The position numbers and the translations under genes were made by a program. A stretch of DNA of 40,520 nt from an uncultured cyanobacterium. Its GTDB lineage: Bacteria > Cyanobacteriota > Cyanobacteriia > PCC-6307 > Cyanobiaceae. Shown piece by piece: positions 1-10,045 of this stretch. The stretch is taken from positions 1 through 40,520 of the forward strand of contig CAVONQ010000017.1 of assembly GCA_963697335.1 (NCBI GenBank). Reading direction: 5' to 3'. A model generated the notes under the pieces. The model was not told where the DNA came from and did no database searches. It worked only from the letters and a program-made list of their open reading frames with translations. Positions within the stretch are counted from its first letter, which is position 1. Each line of letters starts with the position of its first letter.

Positions 1-206
1 ACCCGGGAACCACACCTTTTTGCTGGTGCGCAGGTACCAGAACCCCCAGGCACGCCCGCTCACGGCACGGTTGCCGGGGGTGGAGTAGACGATGCCCGGG
101 AGCTGGTTCGCACGGGCACGGGCACCCGAGCTGGTTCCTGCAGCGGCCAGTGGGTGTTCCTCTCGGTCGGGGCGTCGCAGCTCAGAATGCACCCCTGACT
201 GCTGCC

Positions 207-2180
207 ATGGCGATGTCTGAGGCCACGATCGAATCCGTGCTCCACGAAAGTCGCGTCTTTGCCCCGCCGGCGGAGCTGGCCGCCACCGCTGGAATCGGGT
301 CCATGCAGGCCTACCACGACCTCGTGGCCGAGGTGGAGGCCGACCCCGACGCCTTCTGGGGCCGGCAGGCCCGCGAACACCTGCACTGGTTCGATCCGTT
401 CCACACGGTGCTCGACTGGAGCAATCCGCCCTTTGCCCGCTGGTTCGAGGGCGGCAGCACCAACCTCAGTTACAACTGCCTCGACCGCCATCTCCAGGGC
501 CCCCGGGCCGACAAGACGGCCCTGATCTGGGAGGGGGAGCCCGGCGACACCCGCCGCTTCAGCTACCGCGAGCTGCACGGGGCGGTGTGCCAGGCGGCCA
601 ATGCCCTCAAGGCCCTCGGCATCGGCAAGGGCGATCTGGTGGCCCTCTACATGCCGATGGTGCCGGAGGCGGCCATCGCCATGCTGGCCTGCGCCCGCAT
701 CGGGGCACCCCATTCGGTGGTGTTCGGGGGCTTTTCAGCCGAGGCCCTGCGGGACCGGCTGATCGACGGCGAAGTGAAGCTGGTGGTCACCGCCGACGGG
801 GGCTTCCGCAAGGACAAGCCTGTGGCCCTCAAGCCGGCGGTGGATGCGGCCCTGGCCGATGGCGCCGCCCCCAGCGTGGCGCACGTGCTGGTGGTACGGC
901 GCACCGGCCAGGAGTGCGCCATGGAGCCGGGGCGGGATGTCTGGTGGCAGGAGCTGGTCGAGGCCCAGAGCAGCGACTGCCCGGCCGAGCCCATGGCCAG
1001 CGAAGACCGGCTGTTCGTGCTCTACACCTCCGGCTCCACCGGCAAGCCCAAGGGGGTGGTGCACACGACCGCCGGCTACAACCTCTGGGCCCACCTCACT
1101 TTCCAGTGGATCTTTGACCTGCGCGAGGACGACATCCACTGGTGCACCGCCGATGTGGGCTGGATCACGGGCCACAGTTACATCGTCTACGGGCCGCTCT
1201 CCAACGGCGCCACGACGGTGATGTACGAGGGGGCACCGCGGCCCTCCAAGCCGGGGGCCTTCTGGGAGGTGATCCAGAAGCACCGGGTGAGCCTGTTTTA
1301 CACCGCCCCCACGGCGATCCGCGCCTTCATGAAGAGCGGGCGGGAGGTGCCGGATCAGTACGACATGACCAGCCTCAGAATCCTCGGCACGGTGGGCGAG
1401 CCCATCAATCCCGAGGCCTGGATGTGGTATCGGGAGGTGATCGGCGGCAACCGCTGTCCCGTGGTGGACACCTGGTGGCAGACCGAGACCGGTGGCGTGA
1501 TGGTCAGCCCGCTGCCAGGGGCCACCCCCACCAAGCCCGGTTCCTGCACCTTGGCCCTGCCCGGCATCGTGGCCGACGTGGTGGACCACGAGGGGGTCTC
1601 CCAGCCCGCCGATGCCGGCGGCTACCTGGCGGTGCGGCGCCCCTGGCCCGGGATGATGCGCACGGTCCACGGCGACCCGGAGCGCTTCCGCAGGAGCTAC
1701 TGGGAGGAGATCCGTCCGGCCGACGGCTCCTGGCTCTACTTCGCCGGCGACGGCGCCCGCCGCGATGCCGACGGCTACTTCTGGGTGATGGGCCGCGTCG
1801 ATGACGTGATCAATGTGAGCGGCCACAGGTTGGGCACGATGGAGATCGAATCGGCCCTGGTGAGCCATCCGGCCGTTGCGGAAGCCGCCGTGGTGGGCCG
1901 GCCCGATGAGCTCAAGGGGGAAGGAATCGTGGCCTTCGTGACCCTGGACAGCGGCCGCATCGGCGACCAGGCCCTGATGGCCGAGCTGCGCGCCCATGTG
2001 GGCCAGGAGATCGGCCCGATCGCCCGCCCCGATGACATCCGCTTCAGCGATGCCCTGCCCAAGACCCGCAGCGGCAAGATCATGCGACGGATCCTGCGCT
2101 CCCTGGCGGCTGGCGAGGAGGTGAGCGGTGACACCTCCACCCTGGAGGACCGCACCGTGCTCGATCAGCTGAGGGTGTGA
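207..2180 (+). CDS. acs: acetate--CoA ligase (acetyl-CoA synthetase)
   Basis: AMP-binding motifs [37 protein letters not shown] and [11 protein letters not shown]. Start at ATG 207 or 213 is more plausible than the ORF-track start at 150. Confidence 0.96.
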   Translation: MAMSEATIESVLHESRVFAPPAELAATAGIGSMQAYHDLVAEVEADPDAFWGRQAREHLHWFDPFHTVLDWSNPPFARWFEGGSTNLSYNCLDRHLQGPRADKTALIWEGEPGDTRRFSYRELHGAVCQAANALKALGIGKGDLVALYMPMVPEAAIAMLACARIGAPHSVVFGGFSAEALRDRLIDGEVKLVVTADGGFRKDKPVALKPAVDAALADGAAPSVAHVLVVRRTGQECAMEPGRDVWWQELVEAQSSDCPAEPMASEDRLFVLYTSGSTGKPKGVVHTTAGYNLWAHLTFQWIFDLREDDIHWCTADVGWITGHSYIVYGPLSNGATTVMYEGAPRPSKPGAFWEVIQKHRVSLFYTAPTAIRAFMKSGREVPDQYDMTSLRILGTVGEPINPEAWMWYREVIGGNRCPVVDTWWQTETGGVMVSPLPGATPTKPGSCTLALPGIVADVVDHEGVSQPADAGGYLAVRRPWPGMMRTVHGDPERFRRSYWEEIRPADGSWLYFAGDGARRDADGYFWVMGRVDDVINVSGHRLGTMEIESALVSHPAVAEAAVVGRPDELKGEGIVAFVTLDSGRIGDQALMAELRAHVGQEIGPIARPDDIRFSDALPKTRSGKIMRRILRSLAAGEEVSGDTSTLEDRTVLDQLRV

Positions 2181-2184
2181 GGAC

Positions 2185-2862
2185 GTGAGCCCAGGAAGCC
2201 CGCGGCCCGGCCGGGCCCGGCCGGGGCGGGTCCAGCTGCGCCGACGGCTGGAGGATTCGCTGCTGGCCACGTTCTTCAGGGGGCTGGTGATCGTGATCCC
2301 CCTGTATCTGGCCAGCCTGCTGGTGCTCAAGGCCATGCGCACGGTTGCGGGCCTGGTGCGTCCGGTGACCCTGGTGGTTCCCGACAGCGTGCCGCTGGAG
2401 AAGATCCTGTCGGTGCTGCTGCTGGCGGGGATCTGCCTGGCGGTGGGCGCGATCGTGCGCACCCCGGCGGGTCTGGAGTTGCACCAGCGCCTGGAGCGAC
2501 GGCTCTATGACCGCATTCCCGGCTATGGACTGATCCGCAGCCTGGTGCAGCAGCTGCTGGGCCTGTCGGAGGAGAACGTGTGGAAGCCGGCCCTGTTCGA
2601 ATCCGATGAGGGCCTGATCCCGGCCTTCATCATCGAGGAGTTCGAGGACGGACGCTTCACGGTGTTCATCCCGTCCGTGCCCACACCCTTCGCCGGCGCC
2701 GTGATGATTCTGGATGCAAGCCGGGTACACATCCTCAACGTGCCCTTCACCGTGGCGATGCAGAGCGTGGCCCGTTGGGGATCGGGCAGCAGGGAGATGG
2801 TGCTGGCCTTCGAGCGCGCCGGAACCCGGCTGCGGCCCCGCCCCCTGGAACCCCTGGACTGA
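2185..2862 (+). CDS. DUF502-family membrane protein
   Basis: Two N-terminal hydrophobic helices, RIPGYGLIRSLVQQL and the TVFIPSVPTPFAG motif typical of DUF502. Start uncertain. Confidence 0.7.
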   Translation: MSPGSPRPGRARPGRVQLRRRLEDSLLATFFRGLVIVIPLYLASLLVLKAMRTVAGLVRPVTLVVPDSVPLEKILSVLLLAGICLAVGAIVRTPAGLELHQRLERRLYDRIPGYGLIRSLVQQLLGLSEENVWKPALFESDEGLIPAFIIEEFEDGRFTVFIPSVPTPFAGAVMILDASRVHILNVPFTVAMQSVARWGSGSREMVLAFERAGTRLRPRPLEPLD

Positions 2863-2872
2863 AGAGGGCTCT

Positions 2873-3640
2873 TCAGCCGCGAGCCACTCCCGAGGCCCGC
2901 GACTCACTCCAGCCGCTGATCTGCTGGGCCAGCCGTTCCATGCCCCGCTGGCGGGCTGGATCATCGGCCCAGGCCCCGAGCACCTGCTTGCGCAGGCCGC
3001 CGCTGGCTGGCGTCAGATGGTCGCCCGGCAGCTCCAGCAGGGTCGAGTCGTCGCCGGGACGGGCCTGGAGCACCCCCAGCAGGCGGCTGCTCTGGTCGAT
3101 GCCGTCGCGGCTGAAGCGCACCAGCAGGTTGTGGGGCTGCAGGTAGGTGGCACTGATCTGGCGCAGGGTCTCCTCCGGTGAGGGGCTGAACTCACTGCGA
3201 AAACGCAGTTGCTGGCCCAGTTCGGCCAGCAGGGGGATGGAGCGCTCCGCTGAGAAGTTGTTGAAGCACAGGGCCACCAGGGCGGCGTTGCGGCGGCCAC
3301 CATCCGGTGCCAGCAGATGCAGTTTGCAGCCGAGGCTGTGGCCCAGCCGCACCACCGGCAGCTGCGCCGCCGCCGCCGGTTCGAGCAGGGCGCCGTCGCC
3401 GGCGCGGCTGAGCCGGAACTGCCGCCAGGCCTCATTGGCCTGGGCCTGGTGGTCGAAGCCTGGCACGTAGCTCCAGGCATGCACCCGCCAGCCCTGGGTG
3501 GCCAGGGCCTCCAGCAGGCGGCGATAGCTGAGCTGGGGGCTGGCGGCCAGGTAGCTGCCGCCGATGAATTCGATCAGCCCCCGGGGGCTGCCGGACGGCT
3601 CCACGCACCAGAGCTTGTCCCGTTGTTGCCAGGGCGCCAT
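2873..3640 (-). CDS. DUF1350-family alpha/beta hydrolase-like protein
   Basis: FIGGSYL, GHSLGCKLHLL nucleophile elbow, EFSPSPEET and LPGDHLTP. Confidence 0.85.
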   Translation of the reverse strand: MAPWQQRDKLWCVEPSGSPRGLIEFIGGSYLAASPQLSYRRLLEALATQGWRVHAWSYVPGFDHQAQANEAWRQFRLSRAGDGALLEPAAAAQLPVVRLGHSLGCKLHLLAPDGGRRNAALVALCFNNFSAERSIPLLAELGQQLRFRSEFSPSPEETLRQISATYLQPHNLLVRFSRDGIDQSSRLLGVLQARPGDDSTLLELPGDHLTPASGGLRKQVLGAWADDPARQRGMERLAQQISGWSESRASGVARG

Positions 3641-3669
3641 GGCGCTCGCTCCGCGTCGGTGATGGGCTG

Positions 3670-4128
3670 TCAGGTCGCCTGCAGCGCCTGCAGGGCCTGG
3701 AGGGCCTCGCGGCGATGGGCTGGGCCGTCGAGCAGGTTGTTGAACTGGTGACGCACCACCCCCGCCCCATCGATCACGTAGGTGACCCGCCCGGGCAGCA
3801 GGCCCAGCACGCTGGGCACCCCGAAGGCCTTGCGCAGGGCATTGCCCCGATCCACCAGCAGGGGGTAGGGGAGGTTGTGGCGCTGGGCGAAGCGGCTGTG
3901 GCTGGCGGCGTCATCACCGCTGACGCCCCAGACCTCGGCGCCGAGGGCCTGCAGGTCGGCGAAGCTGTCGCGGAAGGCGCAGGCCTCCATGGTGCAGCCA
4001 GGGGTGTCGTCCTTGGGGTAGAAGAACAGCACCAGGGCCCGGCCCCCCAGCTCGTCGCTGCGCCGTTCGCAGCCGCTCTGGTCGGGGAGGGCGATCAGGG
4101 GGGCCCGATCGCCGACGGCAACACCCAT
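3670..4128 (-). CDS. peroxiredoxin (BCP/PrxQ family)
   Basis: FFYPKDDTPGCTMEAC and GRVTYVID motifs. Confidence 0.93.
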   Translation of the reverse strand: MGVAVGDRAPLIALPDQSGCERRSDELGGRALVLFFYPKDDTPGCTMEACAFRDSFADLQALGAEVWGVSGDDAASHSRFAQRHNLPYPLLVDRGNALRKAFGVPSVLGLLPGRVTYVIDGAGVVRHQFNNLLDGPAHRREALQALQALQAT

Positions 4129-4220
4129 GGTCAGCAGTCGTGGTGCCCAGACCCTAAGCAGGGGCAGGGGCTGGTCGCTTGCCGGGGCTGGGAGGATGGA
4201 TCTGCGCGACCGCCAGCCCT

Positions 4221-5126
4221 GTGCGTGGTACCCCTCCGGAACAGGACAGCCTCTGGCAGCAGCAGGACCTGCTGGGAAGTCTGCTGGCTGCCCCTGAGGC
4301 CGAGCTGCAACTGGTGTCGATCCCTGCAGCCGAACCTGAACCTGACCCCGAATCGCATTCGCAACCGGAATCGCAACCGCAACCGCGCCCGCAACCGGCT
4401 CGAGCGTCCTCAGGGAAACAGCGGGCTGTGCCCGAGTTTCTGCTGATCCTCGACACCGAAACCAGCGGGCTGGACCCCCGCGAGCACGTCTGCCTGGAAG
4501 TGGGAGCCATCCTGTTTCACGTCAGCGGTCGGGCTGTGCTCAGCCAGGTGTCTTTCCTGCTGCCGGCCCAGAGCAATCCGGCTGAGGGCATCAATGGCAT
4601 CGACCCCGCCATCACCCGGCTGCCCCAGCCCTGGCGGCAGGGGCTGGCCTGCTTCGAGGCGATGGCGGCCCACGCCGATGCGGCGCTGGCCCACAACGCC
4701 CGCTTCGATCGGCAGTGGTTCGGTCGTCAGCAGCTGCCGGAGCTGGCACTGCCCTGGATCTGCTCCATGGATGACATCCGCTGGCCGGCTGAGCGTCAGC
4801 TGCGGCCCAGCCCGTCGGTGCGGGATCTGGCCCTCGCCTATGGCGTGCCGGTGTGGGCCGCCCACCGGGCCCTCACCGACTGCATCTACCTGGCGGAGGT
4901 GTTCGCCCGCTGCGACGACCTGGAGCGCCTGCTCGAGGCGGCACTGGAACCGCGGGAGCTGTTCCGGGCCCAGCTGTCCTACGCGGAGCGTCATCAGGCC
5001 AAGCAGGCCGGGTTCCGCTGGAACAACCCCGTGCCCGGCGCCTGGACCAGGCGCCTGAGTGCCCGCGAGGCCATGGCCCTGCCCTTTGCCGTGGAGCCGG
5101 TGGCCGAGGGCAGCGCCGCGGCTTGA
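4221..5126 (+). CDS. DEDDh 3'-5' exonuclease (Pol III epsilon-like)
   Basis: ILDTETSGL, AHNARFD and HRALTDC. Low-complexity P/E/Q N-terminal linker. Start uncertain (4179 or 4221). Confidence 0.85.
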   Translation: MRGTPPEQDSLWQQQDLLGSLLAAPEAELQLVSIPAAEPEPDPESHSQPESQPQPRPQPARASSGKQRAVPEFLLILDTETSGLDPREHVCLEVGAILFHVSGRAVLSQVSFLLPAQSNPAEGINGIDPAITRLPQPWRQGLACFEAMAAHADAALAHNARFDRQWFGRQQLPELALPWICSMDDIRWPAERQLRPSPSVRDLALAYGVPVWAAHRALTDCIYLAEVFARCDDLERLLEAALEPRELFRAQLSYAERHQAKQAGFRWNNPVPGAWTRRLSAREAMALPFAVEPVAEGSAAA

Positions 5127-5244
5127 TGGCCGGCTTGATGCCCTGCCTGCACCACTTTGCTTCCAGTGGTTGAAGCGCAGCGGTGGGTTCCGGCAACGGC
5201 CGTGCCGCCCTCTGCATCCTGGGTCCATCAGGGTTGTTCGACCG

Positions 5245-5607
5245 ATGTCCATGCCCTCTCGCCCCTGCCGGTCCATGGGGAGGCCTTCACCGCGGCTGCG
5301 GCTCAACCGCTGGCAGGTGAGCCGCTCCTGGGCCCGGTTGATCCGGGAAGCCGAAAGCCTCTGGAGCGTGGATGTGCGGGCCCTGCACCGGCTGGCCGCC
5401 CAGGAACTGGGCCAGCTGCACGAGGAGGTGCCCTGCCTGCTGCGGGGCCGCGTCAACCGCTGGCTGGTGGGTTTCAGGGCGCGCACCCGCCTGGTGGCCA
5501 GCCCAGCAAAAAGCCGGCTGGGGAAGCCGGCGAAGGAAGACATGACTCCTGAACAACGCCAGGTTGGCCGCTCAAGAGGCCGGTTGAATCGGAGCGGCGG
5601 GATTTGA
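5245..5607 (+). CDS. hypothetical protein
   Basis: Plausible ORF filling the gap (WARLIREAESLWSVDVRAL...RVNRWL). Its 3' end overlaps the tRNA on the opposite strand. Start uncertain. Confidence 0.5.
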   Translation: MSMPSRPCRSMGRPSPRLRLNRWQVSRSWARLIREAESLWSVDVRALHRLAAQELGQLHEEVPCLLRGRVNRWLVGFRARTRLVASPAKSRLGKPAKEDMTPEQRQVGRSRGRLNRSGGI

Positions 5608-5662
5608 ACCCACGACCCCCACTACCCCAAAGTGGTGCGCTACCAAGCTGCGCTACGCCCCG
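5589..5662 (-). tRNA. tRNA-Pro (GGG)
   Basis: Reverse complement CGGGGCGTAGCGCAGCTTGGTAGCGCA-CCACT-TTGGGGT-AGTGG-GGGTCGTGGGTTCAAATCCCGCCGCTCCGA folds as a cloverleaf with anticodon GGG. No encoded CCA. Confidence 0.95.
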
Positions 5663-5677
5663 GCAGAACAGAAGCTA

Positions 5678-6034
5678 TCACAGCGCTTTGCGCCTTCTCA
5701 GGCGCCTCAGCAGGCGGGCCGCGAGCTGCTGGCGCGACAGTCCCGCATAGCCCGGCAGGCGGAGTTGCCTGGCCAGCAGCCTCAGCTCAGCCATGGACAT
5801 CCCGGCCAGCCGCAGCTCCGGCAGCCGTCGCCAGGCTGCGGAGGCCGGAGCCAGCAGCTGCCCGCTGCGCTGGTCTCGGAAGCCGCTCAGCACGCTGCCG
5901 GCCATCCACTCGGGCACGAGCACGAACAGCACCGCCAGCAGCCCGTAGAGCTCCACCAACCCGCGCGGCAGGGGGTGCAGCTGGCGCTCGGGCCTCTCCT
6001 GCTCGCTCTCCTGTGGTTCGCTGGCAGGGGTCAC
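5678..6034 (-). CDS. hypothetical membrane protein with a C-terminal Rho-N-like helix-turn-helix
   Basis: TM segment LVELYGLLAVLFVLVPEW and C-terminal MSMAELRLLARQLRLPGYAGLSRQQL. GTG start overlaps the upstream stop (GTGA). Confidence 0.6.
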   Translation of the reverse strand: MTPASEPQESEQERPERQLHPLPRGLVELYGLLAVLFVLVPEWMAGSVLSGFRDQRSGQLLAPASAAWRRLPELRLAGMSMAELRLLARQLRLPGYAGLSRQQLAARLLRRLRRRKAL

Positions 6035-6213
6035 AGCAGCCGGCCGCGGTCGCCAGCCGGCCAGGCCGGGCGTTCGGCGGCTGGGGCGTCCCGCCACTGC
6101 ATCGGCAACTCGAGCCGGGGATTGAGCTTCACGGTCCAGAACACCAGGGCGAAGCACAGGCCGATGGTGCAGACCACGGCCACGATCACGACACGGTCCG
6201 GCAGGGGGGTCAT
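6031..6213 (-). CDS. small hypothetical membrane protein
   Basis: 60 aa with one TM helix, translationally coupled to the downstream ORF. Confidence 0.55.
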   Translation of the reverse strand: MTPLPDRVVIVAVVCTIGLCFALVFWTVKLNPRLELPMQWRDAPAAERPAWPAGDRGRLL

Positions 6214-6233
6214 GGGGGCAGGGGCAGGGGGCG

Positions 6234-6530
6234 TCAGACCCGCTCGGTGCGGGTGCAATCAATGCGGCTGGGCAGCTGCTCAAGGGTGAGGATGTCGCCC
6301 CGCAGAATCAGCGTGCGGCCCCGGTTGTGGTAGCGCAGGCCCGGCAACTGCGACGATTCCCGGAAGTAGGTGGCCCTGGTGCCACCGCTGATCAGCGAAG
6401 CCTGGGAATCGTTGCGCTCCACCAGCACCCGGCCCTTGTTCGGGCAGATGAAACTCTCGGTGCTGTCGTAGTTCTCCCACCAGGGGGAGAACTGGCTCAG
6501 CAGCAGCATCGACAGCAAAAGGCTGGGCAT
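6234..6530 (-). CDS. hypothetical secreted protein
   Basis: Signal-like MPSLLLSMLLLSQF and PWWENYD...CP motif. Starts just after the msrA stop. Confidence 0.6.
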   Translation of the reverse strand: MPSLLLSMLLLSQFSPWWENYDSTESFICPNKGRVLVERNDSQASLISGGTRATYFRESSQLPGLRYHNRGRTLILRGDILTLEQLPSRIDCTRTERV

Positions 6531-6540
6531 CAGAGCGGGA

Positions 6541-7269
6541 TCAGTCGAAGCGGATGGGCGCGTTGTCGCCCCGCAGCACGCAGTGGCTGATCGACCAGTC
6601 GTAGGCCTGCCAGACCCTGGGGTCAAGCCTGTAGTCGGCATCCGCGAACGCCCCCAGGGGCACGCCGGTGGGCTGGGCCGAGCAATAGGGCCTGCTGCCC
6701 GGCTTGGCCAGGTACTGCTGGTGGTAGGTCTCGGCGGGCCAGAAGGGCACCGCACTGAGCAGTTCGGTGGTGATCGCGCCCAGGCCGGCGGCACTCAGCA
6801 GGGCCTGGTAGCTCTCACGGCTGGCCTCGGCCTGCCGCAGTTGCTCGGCGCTCGTCACGTAGAGGGCTGAGCGGTACTGGGAGCCACGGTCGTTGCCCTG
6901 GCGATCGCCCTGGGTGGGGTCATGGCATTCCCAGAAGAGCTTCAGCAGGTCGGCAAAGCCGATGGCGCTGGGATCCCACACCACCCGCACCACTTCACTG
7001 TGGCCGCTGCGGCCCGAGCACACCTGCTGGTAGCTGGGGTTGCTGAGGGCGCCACCGGCATAGCCCACGGCGGTGGTGACCACCCCGGGCAGACGCCAGA
7101 ACCCCTTCTCCGCTCCCCAGAAGCAGCCGCAGCCGAAGAACACCTCCTGCTGGCCGTCGGCCACGGGGGCGTCGATGGGGGTACCCAGCACGGCATGGAG
7201 CCGCTCTGGCTGGCCCCCCGGATACTGGCTGGTGGCGGAGGAGTCTGGCTTCTGGAAGAGGCCGAACAA
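6541..7269 (-). CDS. msrA: peptide-methionine (S)-S-oxide reductase
   Basis: GCGCFWGAE, HDPTQGDRQGNDRGSQYRS and AETYHQQYL. Confidence 0.96.
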   Translation of the reverse strand: MFGLFQKPDSSATSQYPGGQPERLHAVLGTPIDAPVADGQQEVFFGCGCFWGAEKGFWRLPGVVTTAVGYAGGALSNPSYQQVCSGRSGHSEVVRVVWDPSAIGFADLLKLFWECHDPTQGDRQGNDRGSQYRSALYVTSAEQLRQAEASRESYQALLSAAGLGAITTELLSAVPFWPAETYHQQYLAKPGSRPYCSAQPTGVPLGAFADADYRLDPRVWQAYDWSISHCVLRGDNAPIRFD

Positions 7270-7297
7270 CGGCTTCAGGCAAGTGGGGCCAGCCTAG

Positions 7298-7585
7298 TCA
7301 GGCCGAGGGGGCGGCCGGCCTGGGCTCCAGGGCGATGTGGTTCAGCAGGGTGGTGGTGAAGGCGAACAGCAGGAACGGCAGCGACAGCACCAGGATCAGG
7401 CCCACCCCCACCAGGGCGACGATCGGTTTGCTGGCCCCCATCAGGGCCAGCCCCGCCGCCAGGCTGGCGAAAATCACCGCCATCCAGATCAGGATCTGGC
7501 CGTAGATGTCCCCGAAGGTGAGGGTGCAGCGCAGGGCGTAGGCGTGGGTGTCGAGCCGGGGTTGCAGGCTGCTGGCGGACGACAT
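7298..7585 (-). CDS. conserved cyanobacterial membrane protein
   Basis: CTLTFGDIYGQI motif with two TM helices. Confidence 0.7.
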   Translation of the reverse strand: MSSASSLQPRLDTHAYALRCTLTFGDIYGQILIWMAVIFASLAAGLALMGASKPIVALVGVGLILVLSLPFLLFAFTTTLLNHIALEPRPAAPSA

Positions 7586-7701
7586 GGCGGTGGGGGGCGA
7601 GGGGCAGAGGTTCCCACCCCACTCAAGCCAGCTCAGGGGGACGTGGCTGCAGCGCTCAACAACTGTTTGGAGAAGGCCCCCTCACCGCTACGGAGCGGGC
7701 C

Positions 7702-9483
7702 TCAACCAGCCGCGCGCAGCTGCTCGGTGGCCTGTTCGCGGGCCCAGAGCCGGCGATAGGTGCCGGGCTGGGCCAGCAGGGTGTCGTGATGGCCCTCCTG
7801 CACCAGGCGGCCCTGCTCCAGCACCAGGATCCGATCGCAGGCCGCCGCTGCCGAGAGCTGGTGGCTGATCATCAGGATCGTGCGGGCCGGCACGCCACGC
7901 GTGGCTCCATCCCCCTGCTGCCCCTGGCGGATGGTGCGCAGAATCTCGGCCGCGGTGGTGTTGTCCACGCTGGCCAGGGCGTCGTCGAGCACCAGCAGCG
8001 GTGCGTCCACCAGCAGGGCCCGGCCCAGGGCGGTGCGCTGGCGCTGGCCGCCGCTGAGGGTGATGCCCCGCTCGCCCACCAGGGTGCGGTAGCCGTCGGG
8101 AAAGGCCTTGATGTCGCCCTCGAGGCGGGCGTCCCGGGCGGCCTGCTCCACCGCCTGCAGCGACGCCTGGGGCTCGCCGTAGCGCAGGTTGTCGGCCAGG
8201 CTGGCGGTGAACAGGTAGCCCTCCTGGGGCACCAGGGCCACCTGGCGGCGCAGGTCGTTGAGGCTCAGGGTGGTGATGTCGTAGCCATCGATCCAGAGCT
8301 CGCCGGGGTCCACCTCCACCATCCGGCCCAGGGCGCGGGCCAGGGAGGTCTTGCCGCAGCCCACCGGCCCCACCACCGCCACCAGCTCGCCGGGCCGGAT
8401 CCGGAAGCTCACGTCCACCAGGGCGGGCCGCACGGCCCCCGGGTAGCGCACGGTGAGGCCGCGCGCCTCCACGGCGCCGCGTCCGCGGCCCCGGAAGGGC
8501 ACCGGATCGGAGGGGGACTCCACCAGGGGCTTGCGGCGCAGCAGGTCCTCCACCCGCTCCAGGCTCACCTGGCCGGTCTGGAAGGTGTTGAGGGTGAAGC
8601 CGAGCAGGGCGGTGGGGAACACCAGCCGTTCCACGAACAGAATCAGGGCCACCAGGTTGCCGATGCTGAGCCGGCCGCTCTCCAGCTGGCCGCTGCCCAG
8701 GGCCAGCAGCAGCAGCAGGCTGATCGAGGAGATGCCCTCCAGCAGAGGGAACAGGGTGCTCCGGGTCCGGGCCAGCCCCAGGGCGGCATCGCGGTAGAGG
8801 CGGTTGCGCCAGGCGAAGGCCTGCTGCTCCGTGGCCTCCTGGCCGTAGATCTTGATGGCGCTGATGCCAGAGAGGTCTTCCTGGATCAGATCGCTCAGGC
8901 CGGCGAGGGCCTCCTGCTGGCGGCGCTGCTGGCGCATCATGCGGCCGCCGAACAGCCGCACCGTGATCAGCATCAACGGGTAGAGCCCCACGGCCGCCAG
9001 GGTCAGCCAGGGGTCGATGCTCAGCATCGCCGGCAGGGTGAGGGCGTAGGCCAGGGCGGTGTTGGTGAGGCTGAGCACGGCGAAGCCGAGCAGACGGCGC
9101 ACGTTCTCCACGTCACTGGTGGCGCGGCTGATCACCTCGCCGCTGCCGATGTTCTGCACCCAGCCCGGCTCCTGCAGCAGCAGGTGGTCGAAGATCTGCT
9201 GCTTGAGGTCGGCCTCCACCTGGCGCCCCACCCCGAACACCAGCACCCTCGAATAGAGCCGCACGGCACCCATGGCCGTGGCCAGCGCCATGATCAGGCC
9301 CGCCTGCAGGTACACATCCCGCAGGGCGAAGCCGTCCTGGAGGTCGTCGATCACGCCGCGCACCAGCAGCGGAATGCTCACGCTCAGCAGGTTCACCACC
9401 ACCAGGGCGGCCGCCCCGATCAGCACGGTGCGCCGGTGGGGCCGCAGATAGCGTCTGATCAGATCGAGCCGGAACCCGCCCAC
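7702..9483 (-). CDS. ABC exporter, fused permease/ATPase
   Basis: N-terminal TM domain, Walker A GPVGCGKT, LSGGQRQR and LDDALASVD. GTG start at 9483 inferred. Confidence 0.92.
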   Translation of the reverse strand: MGGFRLDLIRRYLRPHRRTVLIGAAALVVVNLLSVSIPLLVRGVIDDLQDGFALRDVYLQAGLIMALATAMGAVRLYSRVLVFGVGRQVEADLKQQIFDHLLLQEPGWVQNIGSGEVISRATSDVENVRRLLGFAVLSLTNTALAYALTLPAMLSIDPWLTLAAVGLYPLMLITVRLFGGRMMRQQRRQQEALAGLSDLIQEDLSGISAIKIYGQEATEQQAFAWRNRLYRDAALGLARTRSTLFPLLEGISSISLLLLLALGSGQLESGRLSIGNLVALILFVERLVFPTALLGFTLNTFQTGQVSLERVEDLLRRKPLVESPSDPVPFRGRGRGAVEARGLTVRYPGAVRPALVDVSFRIRPGELVAVVGPVGCGKTSLARALGRMVEVDPGELWIDGYDITTLSLNDLRRQVALVPQEGYLFTASLADNLRYGEPQASLQAVEQAARDARLEGDIKAFPDGYRTLVGERGITLSGGQRQRTALGRALLVDAPLLVLDDALASVDNTTAAEILRTIRQGQQGDGATRGVPARTILMISHQLSAAAACDRILVLEQGRLVQEGHHDTLLAQPGTYRRLWAREQATEQLRAAG

Positions 9484-9556
9484 GCGGCCTTCGCCAAAGT
9501 GGGTCCAACCTAGGGATCGCGGGGTTGCCCCCCGCGCCTGCCTTCTCTCCCCTCCC

Positions 9557-9862
9557 ATGTCCCAGCCCCAGAGCCATCCCCTCCATGCCCTCGACCGGGT
9601 GGTGGTGGATCGGCTGCTGGCGGCCGCCGAACCAGGCGATGCGGATCTGGTGGATGCGGCCCGGTTGCTGATGCGTTACGAAGGATTTCCAGGCGCCCAG
9701 GACATCCAGGACGATCTGGCCAAGGTGCTGCGCTTCTGGAAGCTCAGCCGCCATGCCCTGCACGAGCGAACCCGCGCCATCTGGGCCGCCGACTTCCGGC
9801 CATCGCCCAGCAGCGGCGAGGCCGTGGGATCGGGTTTTGACACCTCCGCCCAGGAGAGCTGA
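9557..9862 (+). CDS. DUF3288-family protein
   Basis: QSHPLHALDR, ARLLMRYEGFPGA and LHERTRAIW motifs. Confidence 0.8.
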   Translation: MSQPQSHPLHALDRVVVDRLLAAAEPGDADLVDAARLLMRYEGFPGAQDIQDDLAKVLRFWKLSRHALHERTRAIWAADFRPSPSSGEAVGSGFDTSAQES

Positions 9863-10045
9863 GGCTCGAGCTGGTCTGGCTGCGGCGCCAAGGCCCCGGT
9901 CGGCTGTCGCCCGGTCCTGGGCTGAGCATGTTGCGCCGCGGGTGTGTCCCACAGGGCCGCTCTTCAGGTGATAGTGGGGGGGTCCCCATCACCCGGCCCG
10001 GAGTGCTCTGCACCCGGGCTTTTTCTTGCCGATTTCTGCCCAGCC

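Noticed and set aside
4330..4398. Short imperfect repeats (gaacct, cgcaac) in the exonuclease gene
   Set aside because: They encode a low-complexity Pro/Glu/Gln linker and show no sign of a separate element.
5589..5662. tRNA-Pro as an island integration site
   Set aside because: No integrase nearby, I saw no duplicated tRNA 3' end, and the flanks look like core genes.
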